NCBI GenBank assembly: GCA_963761335.1
Contig: CAVXGR010000012.1
Location: forward strand, 288,001 to 352,000
Direction: 5' to 3'
Length of the DNA: 64,000 nt
Origin: an uncultured delta proteobacterium
GTDB lineage: Bacteria > Desulfobacterota > Binatia > HRBIN30 > BPIQ01
Shown: positions 42,239 through 51,953 of the stretch, one piece after another
Layout of the letters: each line of letters opens with the position of its first letter
Position numbering within the stretch: position 1 is the first letter of the stretch
Notes under the pieces: model-generated
The model's input: the letters and a program-made list of their open reading frames with translations, nothing else
The model's database searches: none
What the model was told of the DNA's origin: nothing
Made by a program: the position numbers and the translations under genes

Positions 42239-43018
42239 GTGCGGCGAGAGAAATCGAATTACATGATCCAGTCGGTGGCCCACGCTCTCGATGTCATCGA
42301 GCAGTTCGGCGGGCAGTTCGAGGAGCTGGGGGTCACCGAGCTGAGCAAGCGCTTGAAGCTCCACAAGAACAACGTCTTCCGCTTGCTGGCCACCCTCGAG
42401 TCGCGGGGCTACATCGAGCAGAACAAGACCACGGAGAACTACCGTCTCGGCGTTCGCTGCCTGCAGCTCGGCCAGCACTACCTCGGACAGATGGGTCTGC
42501 TCCAGCAGGCGCGGCCGATCATGGCGGAGCTCTCGCGACGGTGCCGCGAGACCTCGGTGCTGTCGGTGTACCGCAGTCGCGCCATGGTTCCCCTCTTGGC
42601 TGTGGAATCGGAGCAACCCGTCCGCATTGCCGCCCGCATCGGTGATGCGCTGCCGCTGCACTGCACCGCCGCCGGCAAGACGCACCTCGCCTTCGCGGCA
42701 CCGGAGGAGCGCGACGAGAACCTGGCGAGAGAGCTGCAGCGGCACACGGCAAGAACGGTCACCGACAGGCAGGCGCTGCTGCGACAGCTCGAGGCGGCCG
42801 CGGCGCGGGGCTTCGCCGTGGACGAGGGAGAGCTCGTCGAGGACGTCCACTCGATCGCGGTTCCCATTCGCGACTACACGCGTTCGGTGGTCGCCTGTCT
42901 CGCCGTCTCCGGCCCGGCATATCGCATGAGCACCGAGCAGATCGAGAAAGCGGTGGCGCCGCTGGTGATCTCCGCCGGCGGAGATCTGTCGACGCGCCTC
43001 GGCTACAACGCCTCGTGA
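42239..43018 (+). CDS. IclR family transcriptional regulator
   Basis: IQSVAHALDVI, HTH LHKNNVFRLLATL, LPLHCTAAGK, SIAVPIRD, SGP. Confidence 0.95.
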   Translation: MRREKSNYMIQSVAHALDVIEQFGGQFEELGVTELSKRLKLHKNNVFRLLATLESRGYIEQNKTTENYRLGVRCLQLGQHYLGQMGLLQQARPIMAELSRRCRETSVLSVYRSRAMVPLLAVESEQPVRIAARIGDALPLHCTAAGKTHLAFAAPEERDENLARELQRHTARTVTDRQALLRQLEAAAARGFAVDEGELVEDVHSIAVPIRDYTRSVVACLAVSGPAYRMSTEQIEKAVAPLVISAGGDLSTRLGYNAS

Positions 43019-43148
43019 TCGGCCCGCAGTCGCGAGCCTCGGCCCCGGCTCGAAGATCGCCTGATCATCGCCGAGTACTGTCTAAGTCGGGGAACATGCC
43101 CCAATGACAGCGACTGCGGTTGTCTTCACGACGGTGCGAGCGCGGGTT

Positions 43149-43265
43149 CCATCTCCCGCATCTTCTCGCGGGGGTGGGAGGGCCAAGGTGAGGGCGCCGA
43201 TCTCTTTGAACGTCTCAGAAATCACCTTGATCCTCTCCCCGCGGAAAAAGAATGCGGGGAGAGGA
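43149..43265. repeat. Degenerate CTCTCCCCGC...GCGGGGAGAGG-type palindromic repeat pair
   Basis: ATCTCCCGCATCTTCTCGCGGGGGTGGGAGGGCCAAGGTG and CACCTTGATCCTCTCCCCGCGGAAAAAGAATGCGGGGAGAGG are approximate reverse complements. Confidence 0.55.
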
Positions 43266-43407
43266 GACCTTTCCCCGCGCCGGGGAAGCACAACAGGAAG
43301 GTCGGATCGGCAATTTAGGACACCCTCCACCGCCGCAGCTGCCTTGATTCACCTATGCCCGCGTGGTACCAAAACGCGTTTCACAAGTCCCGCCAGGAGG
43401 TTTCCCT

Positions 43408-44163
43408 GTGAAAATTCTCGTAACTGCGAAGCGCGTCCCGGATCCCAACTCGTCCATCAAAGTGAAGCCGGACGGCAGCGGCATCGTCACCGATGGCTTG
43501 AAGTTCGTCGTCAACCCGTTCGACGAGATCGCCATCGAAGAAGCGCTCCGCATCAAGGAGAAGGTCGGCGGCAGCGAGGTGGTGCTGGTCAGCATCGGCG
43601 ACAAAACCTCACAGGAGCAGCTGCGCACCGGGCTGGCCATGGGTGCGGACCGCGCCATTCTGGTGCTCTGCAGCGACGAGCTCGACTCGCTGGCGGTGGC
43701 GCGCGTGCTGCAGAAGGTGGTCGAGAACGAGAAGCCCGACCTCGTCATCATGGGCAAGCAGGCGATCGACGACGACTCGAACCAGGCGGGTCAGATGCTC
43801 GCCGAGCTGCTCGGCTGGCCCCAGGCCACCTTTGCGTCGAAGGTAGACCTCGGCACCGATCAGAAGTCGGCCACCGTGGTGCGCGAGGTCGATGGCGGGC
43901 TGGAGACGGTCAGCGCGCCGCTGCCGGCGATCATCACCGCCGACCTGCGCCTCAACGAGCCCCGCTACGCTTCGCTCCCCGGCATCATGAAGGCGCGCAA
44001 GAAGGAGCTGAAGGAGATCCCCATCGCCGATCTCGGCGTCGATGCGACGCTGAAGACCACGATCCTCAAGCTCGAGCCGCCGCCGAAGCGCCAGGCGGGC
44101 AAGAAGGTGGGCTCGGTGCAGGAGCTTCTCGAGCTGCTGCACACCGAGGCCAAGGTCATCTGA
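43408..44163 (+). CDS. etfB: Electron transfer flavoprotein beta subunit
   Basis: KRVPD, NPFDEIAIEEA, GKQAIDDDSNQ, REVDGG, LNEPRYASLPGIMKA. Confidence 0.97.
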   Translation: MKILVTAKRVPDPNSSIKVKPDGSGIVTDGLKFVVNPFDEIAIEEALRIKEKVGGSEVVLVSIGDKTSQEQLRTGLAMGADRAILVLCSDELDSLAVARVLQKVVENEKPDLVIMGKQAIDDDSNQAGQMLAELLGWPQATFASKVDLGTDQKSATVVREVDGGLETVSAPLPAIITADLRLNEPRYASLPGIMKARKKELKEIPIADLGVDATLKTTILKLEPPPKRQAGKKVGSVQELLELLHTEAKVI

Positions 44164-44190
44164 GCGGAACTCCGCGGGAGGATTGAATCA

Positions 44191-45159
44191 ATGGGCAACG
44201 TTCTCGTTTTCGCCGAACACCAGCACGGAAAATTCCCCAAGAGCACCCTGGTCGCCGTGGCCGCCGGCAAGGCGGCCGCCGAGAAGGCCGGCGGCGAGCT
44301 GTACGGCGCCGTCCTCGGCAAGGGAGTCGAAGCGCTCGGCGCCGAGCTGGCCGAGTACGGCGTGAAGAAGGTCTTCGCCGCCGACGACGCGGCGCTCGAG
44401 CACTACGTCGCCGACGCCTACGCCTCCGGGCTGGCGCAGATCGCCAAGGACAACGGCGTCTCTCTGGTGGTCGGCACCGCCTCGGCAATGGGCAAGGACC
44501 TGCTGCCCCGCGTCGCCGTGCGCCTCGGCGCCGGTATGCTGAGCGAGGTCACCGGCATCGTCGATGGCAATACTTTCCAGCGGCCGATGTGGGCCGGCAA
44601 CGTCATCGCCACCGTCAAGCTGGAGGGCGACGTGGGCGTGATCAGCGTGCGCGCCACCGCCTTCGACGCCGCCAAGAAGGACGGCAAGGGCGAGGTGCAG
44701 AAGGTGGCGGTGTCCATCGACGAGGCGAGCAAGAAGATGAAGTTCGTCGAGTTCGCCGAGACCAAGTCGGACCGCCCGGTGCTCACCGAGGCGCGCATCG
44801 TGGTCTCCGGCGGCCGCGGCCTGAAGTCGGGAGAAAACTTCACCACCTACCTCGAGCCCCTGGTCGATGCCATGGGCGCGGCGATGGGCGCCAGCCGCGC
44901 CGCCGTCGACGCCGGCTTCGTGCCCAACGATCTGCAGGTCGGGCAGACGGGCAAGGTCGTCGCCCCGGAGCTCTACATCGCCGTCGGCATCTCCGGCGCC
45001 ATTCAGCACCTCGCCGGCATGAAGGACTCCAAGGTCATCGTCGCCATCAACAAGGACGAGGAGGCACCGATCTTCCAGGTGGCCGACTACGGCCTGGTCG
45101 GCGACCTCTTCAAGGTCGTCCCCGAGATGACCGAAGAGGTCAAGAAGATGAAGCACTAG
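44191..45159 (+). CDS. etfA: Electron transfer flavoprotein alpha subunit
   Basis: [47 protein letters not shown]. Confidence 0.97.
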   Translation: MGNVLVFAEHQHGKFPKSTLVAVAAGKAAAEKAGGELYGAVLGKGVEALGAELAEYGVKKVFAADDAALEHYVADAYASGLAQIAKDNGVSLVVGTASAMGKDLLPRVAVRLGAGMLSEVTGIVDGNTFQRPMWAGNVIATVKLEGDVGVISVRATAFDAAKKDGKGEVQKVAVSIDEASKKMKFVEFAETKSDRPVLTEARIVVSGGRGLKSGENFTTYLEPLVDAMGAAMGASRAAVDAGFVPNDLQVGQTGKVVAPELYIAVGISGAIQHLAGMKDSKVIVAINKDEEAPIFQVADYGLVGDLFKVVPEMTEEVKKMKH

Positions 45160-45189
45160 GAGGCGGGGCAGAGCTCCGCCTCGCCTCCT
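45158..45189. terminator. Hairpin between convergent etfA and phosphoesterase genes
   Basis: AGGAGGCGGGGC ... GCCTCGCCTCCT inverted repeat. Confidence 0.5.
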
Positions 45190-46314
45190 TCAACGCGGCA
45201 ATTTCTCCCCCAGCTCGATCACCACGTCGTTGTCGGCCGGAGGGCGGTCGCTGAAGGCGTTGACGAAGGCCGCCAGCGCCGGGCTCTCCAGCTCCTCGGC
45301 GGTGTAGGCGAACTGCTCGTCGCCTTCCGCCATGCGCGGCCACCAATCGCGCAGCCGCACCGCGGCGCGAGCGGCGTGCGCCTCGTCCAGCTTGAACGGC
45401 TGTCCCCGCAGCGCGTCGCAGACCACCTCCTCGAAGACGTCGGTGGCAAAGGCGCGCGACTGCTCCTGGAGCCGCGGCATGCTGGGGATCGCTTGCAGGC
45501 GCCGGCTGCGCACCTCCAGCCGGCCGTCGTGCAGGTCGAGGACCCGGTAGGCGTGCGGAAAGGACGCGATCGACGAGGTGACGATGTTGTAGAGGCCGTC
45601 CTCCTCCTTGATGTCCTGCATGTGCAGGTGGCCGGACAGGGTCAGGCGCACGCCGTGGCGCCGCAACACCTGCTTCAGAGCAGGCGCATTGATCACGTGA
45701 AACCAGGAGAACATCGGACTGGTGGCCTCTCCCGGAACATGGTCGACGATGCTGTGATGCAGCATGAGAACGACCTCTCGCCCGGCGTGGCGGGCTTCGC
45801 GCAGGTCCTCCTCGAGCCAGGCCAGGACCGCGTCGCTGATCTCGCCGTGATCGCTGTCCGGCTTCGGCGAGCACAGGGCCACCAGGTGCACGTCCGGCGC
45901 CGGATCAGCGCTGTACGCCAGCCGTCCGCTATCATCGAAGCCGAAATCCCCGTACAGCCGGGGAATCTCGCGCAGGCGCACCAGCTCGACGTCGCCATCG
46001 AGATAGTCCAGCGGCCGCAGCGCTTCCGGCCGCGGCTGATCGTGGTTTCCCGGAATGCAGTACGTGGGGCGGCGCAGGCGGGTGAGCAGCTCGCGTGCGC
46101 GGTCGTGGTTGTAGGGCTCCGAGTCCTTGGTCATGTCGCCCGCCACCAGGACGAAGTCGATCGACGGCAGCGCGTTGATCTCGTCGATCGCCGCCTCCAG
46201 CAGCTCGACGCTGTGACGATAGAGGGTCGGCTCCGGAATCGGCGGCGGCTCCCAGCCGGTGGACGGATTGGGAACGGTGACGTGCGGATCGGTCAGCAGG
46301 ACGAAGCGAGCCAT
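45190..46314 (-). CDS. Calcineurin-like metallophosphoesterase
   Basis: TDPH, GDMTKD, PGNHD, LHH, SGHLH motifs. Confidence 0.9.
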   Translation of the reverse strand: MARFVLLTDPHVTVPNPSTGWEPPPIPEPTLYRHSVELLEAAIDEINALPSIDFVLVAGDMTKDSEPYNHDRARELLTRLRRPTYCIPGNHDQPRPEALRPLDYLDGDVELVRLREIPRLYGDFGFDDSGRLAYSADPAPDVHLVALCSPKPDSDHGEISDAVLAWLEEDLREARHAGREVVLMLHHSIVDHVPGEATSPMFSWFHVINAPALKQVLRRHGVRLTLSGHLHMQDIKEEDGLYNIVTSSIASFPHAYRVLDLHDGRLEVRSRRLQAIPSMPRLQEQSRAFATDVFEEVVCDALRGQPFKLDEAHAARAAVRLRDWWPRMAEGDEQFAYTAEELESPALAAFVNAFSDRPPADNDVVIELGEKLPR

Positions 46315-46500
46315 GATTCCGCAACCTGCCATGGTTTCGAGGCGAAGCCCAGAGCGCACATCGTGCTCGGTTGCTCGGTGACTCGGTGGCTCAGAGACTC
46401 GGCAGCTCGGGGCTCGGTGACCCAGCGGCGGAGGCGGCTCTTGAATCGGAGCGGCGGCCGACCTACGGTGCCTGGTCGACGATCTTCGCGGGGAGAGTGC

Positions 46501-47730
46501 ATGGATCTATGCTACAGCGCCGAGTACGAAGCCTTTCGCAAGGAAGTTCAGGATTTTCTCGCGGCCCACTGGACCGCGGATGACATCGCCGCGGCCCCCG
46601 CCGGAGACGACGAGAGAGCCGCGATGATGGGCGGCGTGATCCGCACCGACGAGCGCGCCACCGCGTTTCGCCTGAAGGCAATCGAGCGCGGCTATCTCTA
46701 CCGCCACGTGCCGCGCCGCTACGGCGGCGGCGAGCAGCCGCCCGATCCCCTGAAGGGCGTCATCATCCACGAGGAGTTTCGCCGGGCACGCGCTCCCCAT
46801 GAGGTGATCGGCCAGGGGCCCGGCATGCTGGTACCCACCCTCATCGAGCACGGCACCGAGAAGCAGAAGGAGCTCTTCGTCCGCGACACCCTGCTCGGCA
46901 AGATCAAGTGGTGCCAGGGCTACAGCGAGCCGAACGCCGGCAGCGACCTCGCCTCGCTGCGCACCCGCGCCGAGATCGACGGCGACTTCTGGACGATCAA
47001 CGGACACAAGATCTGGACCTCCGACGCGCAACACGCCGAATGGATGTTCTGTCTCGTGCGCAGTGAGCCCGAGGCCCCCAAGCACGACGGCATCACCTAC
47101 GTGCTCATCGACATGAAGACCCCGGGGATCACCGTGCGCCCGCTGCGGCAGATGACCGGCACCGCCGACTTCAACGAGGTCTTCCTCGACAACGTCCGCG
47201 TGCCTCTGGAGAACACCGTCGGCAAGCGCGGCCAGGGCTGGGTGGTGAGCCGCTCGACACTGAAGCACGAGCGCGCCATGATCGGCGGCTCCTTGATGAA
47301 CCGCCGCATGTTCGACGGTGTTCTCATGCTGGCCCAAGGCGTCATCCTGCGCGGCCAGCCGGCGATCAAGGACCCGCTGCTGCGCAACCGCCTCGTCGAG
47401 ATCGAGGCGGCGTTGCTGGCGAGCGAGTACAACGGCTACCGCCTGCTCACCCTGAGCGCCCGCGGCGAGGACCCCGGCCTAGCGGCCATGGTCACCAAGC
47501 TCTACTCCACCCAGCTCGGCTACCAGATCGGCAAGCTGGCCATGGACATTCTCGGCGACCGCGGCCTGATGGCGCCGGGGGAGCCGTCGGCACCGGCAAT
47601 GGGGATGTTCGTCACCGCGTACATGTGGTCGCTCGGCATCCTGATCGCCGGCGGTGCCGCCAACATCCAGCGCAACATCATCGCCGAGCGCGGCCTCGGT
47701 TTGCCGCGCGACCCGTCAACCAAGCGCTAA
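46501..47730 (+). CDS. Acyl-CoA dehydrogenase (FadE-type, catalytic subunit)
   Basis: WCQGYSEPNAGSDLASL, NGHKIWTS, FNEVFLDNV, LKHER, NIIAERGLGLPR. Confidence 0.93.
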   Translation: MDLCYSAEYEAFRKEVQDFLAAHWTADDIAAAPAGDDERAAMMGGVIRTDERATAFRLKAIERGYLYRHVPRRYGGGEQPPDPLKGVIIHEEFRRARAPHEVIGQGPGMLVPTLIEHGTEKQKELFVRDTLLGKIKWCQGYSEPNAGSDLASLRTRAEIDGDFWTINGHKIWTSDAQHAEWMFCLVRSEPEAPKHDGITYVLIDMKTPGITVRPLRQMTGTADFNEVFLDNVRVPLENTVGKRGQGWVVSRSTLKHERAMIGGSLMNRRMFDGVLMLAQGVILRGQPAIKDPLLRNRLVEIEAALLASEYNGYRLLTLSARGEDPGLAAMVTKLYSTQLGYQIGKLAMDILGDRGLMAPGEPSAPAMGMFVTAYMWSLGILIAGGAANIQRNIIAERGLGLPRDPSTKR

Positions 47731-47758
47731 CGGCGCCGGCGCGGAGGGGATCAACTCG

Positions 47759-48832
47759 ATGGATTTCGGACTTTCTCAGGACCAGTTGATGCTGAAGGAC
47801 ACGCTGCGCCGCTACCTCGAGGGCGAGTGTCCGACGACGCGCGTGCGCCAGATCATGGAGAGCGACAGCGGCCACGATCCGGCGCTGTGGGCCGGCCTCG
47901 TCGAGCTCGGCGTCGGCGGCCTGATCGTTCCCGCCGAGCACGGCGGCTCGGGGCTCGAGCTGCTCGACCTGGCGCTGACATCGGAAGAGCTCGGCTACGC
48001 GGCAACGCCCGGCCCCTTCCTGGGTCACTCGCTGGCAGCGCTGGCGTTCCGCGAGGCGGGCGAGGGCACCTGGCTGCCGCGGCTGGCGAGCGGTGAGACC
48101 CTCGCCACGGTCGCCATCGGCGAGGACGAGTCGCAGTGGGATCCCCGCCAGCTGCGCACCTCGGTGGAGAGAGACAAGCTGAACGGCGACAAGCCGCTCG
48201 TCCCCTACGCCGCCGAAGCCGATCTGCTCGTGGTCGCCGCCCGCCAGGGCGACGAGCCCGGTCTCTGGATCGTCGAGCGCGGCGCTCCGGGAATGGAGAT
48301 CACCGCCGTCTCCGGAGTGGACGCCACCCGTCGGGTGCACACCGTCACCTTCTCGGGCACGCCGGCCCGCCGCCTGGCCGGCGCCGAGGAGCTGTGCCGG
48401 CTCGTCGACGCCGGACTGGTGCTGATCGCCGCCGACGCCTACGGGGGCTCGCGTCGCTGCATGGACATGACCGTGACCTACGTGCAGCAGCGCGAGCAGT
48501 TCGGCCAGATCATCGGCGCCTTCCAGGCGGTCAAGCATCAGCTGGCCAACGCCGTCACCGACCTCGAGCCGGCGCTGTCGCTCTGGTGGTACGCGGCGCA
48601 CGCCTTCGATCACATCCGCGAGCAGTCCTCGCGGCACGCCTCTCTGGCCAAGGCGCACCTCACCGACCTCTTCGATCGCATCACCCGCGACACCACCGAG
48701 CTGCACGGGGGCATCGGCTTCACCTGGGAGTACGACCTCCATCTGTGGTTCCGGCGCGCCGTCTTCGACCGCAGCTTTCTCGGCGAGGCAAACTATCACC
48801 GGGCTCGCGCCGCCGAGCTGGCCGGGTGGTGA
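47759..48832 (+). CDS. Acyl-CoA dehydrogenase (short partner subunit)
   Basis: REQFGQIIGAFQAVKHQLA, LHGGIGFTWEYDLHL; lacks the SEP..GSD motif. Confidence 0.9.
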   Translation: MDFGLSQDQLMLKDTLRRYLEGECPTTRVRQIMESDSGHDPALWAGLVELGVGGLIVPAEHGGSGLELLDLALTSEELGYAATPGPFLGHSLAALAFREAGEGTWLPRLASGETLATVAIGEDESQWDPRQLRTSVERDKLNGDKPLVPYAAEADLLVVAARQGDEPGLWIVERGAPGMEITAVSGVDATRRVHTVTFSGTPARRLAGAEELCRLVDAGLVLIAADAYGGSRRCMDMTVTYVQQREQFGQIIGAFQAVKHQLANAVTDLEPALSLWWYAAHAFDHIREQSSRHASLAKAHLTDLFDRITRDTTELHGGIGFTWEYDLHLWFRRAVFDRSFLGEANYHRARAAELAGW

Positions 48833-48854
48833 CCCACCCCTGCGACCGCCGGCA

Positions 48855-49991
48855 ATGATCTGGGCGATCGGCCTGCTGGCGGCAATCTGGACGGGCTACG
48901 CTCTCTTCGACCGCCGCTGGCGCATCGCGCCGCGCTTGCGGCCGAACCCCGAGACGAAACCTGCCGCGGCCCGCGTGGTCGCCGTGGTGCCGGCGCGGGA
49001 CGAGGCCGCAGAGCTGCCGCGGACTCTCCCCTGGCTCCTCGGGCAGGCATACACCGATCTCTCCGTGGTTCTCGTCGACGATCACTCCACCGACGGCACG
49101 GCAGAGGTGGCGCGACGCCTCGCCATCGAGGCGGGCGCTGGCGATCGACTCCTGGTGATCACACCGCCGCCTCTGCCGCCGGGATGGACCGGCAAGGTGT
49201 GGGCGCAGCACCACGGTGTGGAGCGCGCCCGCGCTCTCGGACCGGAGTGGATCTGGCTGACCGACGCCGACATTCGCCATGACGCCGGCGTGCTCGGGCG
49301 CCTGCTGGCCACCGCCGCCCGCGAACGCCGCGATCTCGTCTCGGTGATGGCGCGCCTGCGCTGTCAGACGCGTTGGGAGAAGCTGCTGATTCCAGCCTTC
49401 ACCTACTTCTTCGCCGGCCTCTATCCCTTCCCCCGAGTCGGCGACGACCGCTCGCGAGTGGCGGGCGCCGCCGGGGGCTGCGTGCTGGTACGCACCGAGG
49501 TTCTCGAGCGCATCGGCGGCATGCGCGCCATCCGCGACGCGGTGATCGACGACGTCTCCCTCGGGCGCGCCTGCAAAGCTGCCGGCGCGCGCCTCTGGCT
49601 CGGCTACGACCGCGGCGTCAACTCGACCCGGGGCTATGACACTCTCGGCAGCATCTGGGACATGGTGGCGCGCAGCGCCTACACGCAGCTGCGCTACAAC
49701 CCGCTGGCCTTGCTCGGCTGCGTGCTCGGTCTCGCCTATCTCTTCTTTCTTCCCGTCGCCGCCGCTCTCTTCGCTTCCGGGCCGGCGCAGCTGCTCGGGC
49801 TCATCGCCTACGCCGCCATGGTGCGCACCTACTCACCGATGGTCGCTTATCTCTGCAGACGGCGGGCCTGGTCGCTGCTGCTGCCCCTATCGGCCGGGCT
49901 CTACGCGGCGATGACGGTCAGCAGCGCCTGGCGCCATCACGCCGGCGGCGGCGCCGCCTGGAAGGGGCGCGCCTACGGCGTGGGGGAGTGA
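48855..49991 (+). CDS. hpnB: GT2 glycosyltransferase, HpnB-like (hopanoid-associated)
   Basis: VVPARDEA, VDDHSTDGT, PPGWTGKVWA, LTDADI, AAGGC, AVIDDVSL, MVARSAYTQL, WKGRAY. Confidence 0.8.
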   Translation: MIWAIGLLAAIWTGYALFDRRWRIAPRLRPNPETKPAAARVVAVVPARDEAAELPRTLPWLLGQAYTDLSVVLVDDHSTDGTAEVARRLAIEAGAGDRLLVITPPPLPPGWTGKVWAQHHGVERARALGPEWIWLTDADIRHDAGVLGRLLATAARERRDLVSVMARLRCQTRWEKLLIPAFTYFFAGLYPFPRVGDDRSRVAGAAGGCVLVRTEVLERIGGMRAIRDAVIDDVSLGRACKAAGARLWLGYDRGVNSTRGYDTLGSIWDMVARSAYTQLRYNPLALLGCVLGLAYLFFLPVAAALFASGPAQLLGLIAYAAMVRTYSPMVAYLCRRRAWSLLLPLSAGLYAAMTVSSAWRHHAGGGAAWKGRAYGVGE

Positions 49992-50413
49992 GCCCCTGCG
50001 GCCGGCACCAGGCGCAGCGTCATCGGGTGCGAGAAGAGGTGCACGAAGATGTCGCTCCAGTACTTGTCGGCCATGGCCTTGGCCACGGCCTCGGCCATCT
50101 GCGGCGCCTCTTGGATTTCGATGCGGTCGAACTCCTGTCCGGCGACCTTGACGGCGATGTAGGGGGCTGTCTTGTTCTTCTGAATCCTGCCCGCAGCGCG
50201 CGATCCCAGGCGGACGTAGAGCTGATCGTCGATCACCACCAACCAGACAGGGAACCAATACTCGCCCTCCTCGGGGCCGACGGTGCGCATCTCCAGCGTC
50301 TGCTCGTCCTTGAAGGCGCTGGGGTTCCATTCCGCGGCGCCCGCCATCGCCGGCGCCAGAGCGCTCCAGACAAACACCAGGCAGAGAGTGGCACGTTGCA
50401 GGCGGTCGGTCAT
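49973..50413 (-). CDS. Signal-peptide-bearing split-beta-barrel protein (DUF2255/FDOR-like)
   Basis: Hydrophobic N-terminus ending AMAGA-AEW; MRTVG..G...PVWLVVIDDQLYVR, KY motif. Confidence 0.6.
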   Translation of the reverse strand: MTDRLQRATLCLVFVWSALAPAMAGAAEWNPSAFKDEQTLEMRTVGPEEGEYWFPVWLVVIDDQLYVRLGSRAAGRIQKNKTAPYIAVKVAGQEFDRIEIQEAPQMAEAVAKAMADKYWSDIFVHLFSHPMTLRLVPAAGAHSPTP

Positions 50414-50496
50414 GTCGGGTCTCCTCCTCCGTTTCCCGGTTGCCCGGTCTATTCGGGTCTCATAGTGCGGAACGGCCAGCGGCGCCAATCGCCCAG

Positions 50497-51807
50497 CTAG
50501 GCCTCGTCGTCGGCGCGCCCGCGCGGGCTCCCGTCGATGCCGTCGAGCGCCGGGATGTCGTTCGGGGATCCGGCCCCGAGATCGCGAAAGCGCCGCGCCG
50601 TGACCAGCACCCGGCTCTCGAGCGAGCCGACGGCGCTGTTGTAGCTCTCCACGGCACGGTGCAGACCGCGGCCGAGATCCTCGAAATGGACCGCGAGAGT
50701 CCGCAGGCGGTCATAGAGACTGCGCCCGAGCTCGCTGATCTCCTCGGCGTTGCGCGCCAGCTTCTCCTGGGTCCAGCCATAGGACACGGCGCGCAGCAGG
50801 GCGATGAGCGTCGTCGGGCTGGCGGGGATGACGCGCCGGCCGGCGCCGTACTCGATGAGCTCCGGATCGCAGCGCAGTGCGGCGTTCAGGAAGGCCTCGC
50901 CCGGGAGAAACATGATGACGAACTCGGGGGTGGGGTGAAACTGGTTCCAGTACTCGCGGCCGCCGAGCGCCGTCATGTGATCGCGCACCTGTCGCGCGTG
51001 CTCGCGAAGCTTGGCCTCCGCCGCCTGCTCTCCATCCGCCTCGATCGCCTCGAGATAGGCGGAGAGCGGCGCCTTGGCGTCGACGACCACGTTCTTCCCT
51101 CCGGGTAGGCGCACCAGCAGATCCGGCCGGAAACGCCCGCCGTCCGCCGACACGACCTGTTGCTCGTAGAAGTCACAGTGGTCGATCATCCCGGCCATCT
51201 CGACGACGCGCCGCAGCTGGATCTCGCCCCAACGGCCGCGCACCGCGGGGGCTCGCAGTGCCTTCACCAGATTCGCCGTCTCGAGCTGCAACTGCTGCTG
51301 GCCGAGCGCCATCAGCTCGACCTGCTTGCCGAGCGCCGAATAGGCCCCGGCGCGCTCCGTCTCGGCCCGCTGCACGGTGTCGTTGACCCTCTGCAGCGAC
51401 TCGCGGATCGGCTGCAGCAGCGCACCGATGGCGGTCTGCCGGTGCTGCAGGTCGCCGGCAGACGCTCTCTGCAGATCCTCGAACGACGACCGCGCCAGCT
51501 GCAGAAAGGCCTCTCCGTTGCGGCGCAGCGCTTCCCCGGAGAGCGCCTGGAATGCCTCCCGAAGCCGCGCTTCGGCGCGATCGAGCAAGGCCACCTTTTC
51601 GGCCGCCTGCAGGCTGCGTTCCTCCAGGCGCGCCGCCAGCGCCGCACGCTCACCAGCAGCGGCGGCCGCCGCCTCGGCAAGCTGCCAGCGGTGCCGCGAG
51701 CGCGATGCGAGCCAGGCCAGCCCGGCGCCGAGGACGAAGCCGGCGGCCGCTGCCAAGAACGGCACCACCTCCGCGCGGGCTCCGAGCCAGGACAGCGCAA
51801 CCTCCAT
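50497..51807 (-). CDS. rmuC: DNA recombination protein RmuC
   Basis: N-terminal TM and coiled coil, [34 protein letters not shown]. Confidence 0.96.
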   Translation of the reverse strand: MEVALSWLGARAEVVPFLAAAAGFVLGAGLAWLASRSRHRWQLAEAAAAAAGERAALAARLEERSLQAAEKVALLDRAEARLREAFQALSGEALRRNGEAFLQLARSSFEDLQRASAGDLQHRQTAIGALLQPIRESLQRVNDTVQRAETERAGAYSALGKQVELMALGQQQLQLETANLVKALRAPAVRGRWGEIQLRRVVEMAGMIDHCDFYEQQVVSADGGRFRPDLLVRLPGGKNVVVDAKAPLSAYLEAIEADGEQAAEAKLREHARQVRDHMTALGGREYWNQFHPTPEFVIMFLPGEAFLNAALRCDPELIEYGAGRRVIPASPTTLIALLRAVSYGWTQEKLARNAEEISELGRSLYDRLRTLAVHFEDLGRGLHRAVESYNSAVGSLESRVLVTARRFRDLGAGSPNDIPALDGIDGSPRGRADDEA

Positions 51808-51953
51808 GGGCCTCCTCCCCTCTCACCACAGAGTGCAGCTTACGCGCAAGCGAGGGCAGCAGGCAAACCACGGCGGGAGGCGTCTCGGGCTGGGGCGCGC
51901 GGCCTTGGGAGCGCGGCTCGACTCGCGCGCCCGCTTCTGCGAAAACTCGCCTG

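Noticed and set aside
46362..46422. Tandem 8-mers (G/A)CTCGGTG in the divergent intergenic region
   Set aside because: Degenerate low-complexity repeat with no unique spacers or cas genes; function unsupported
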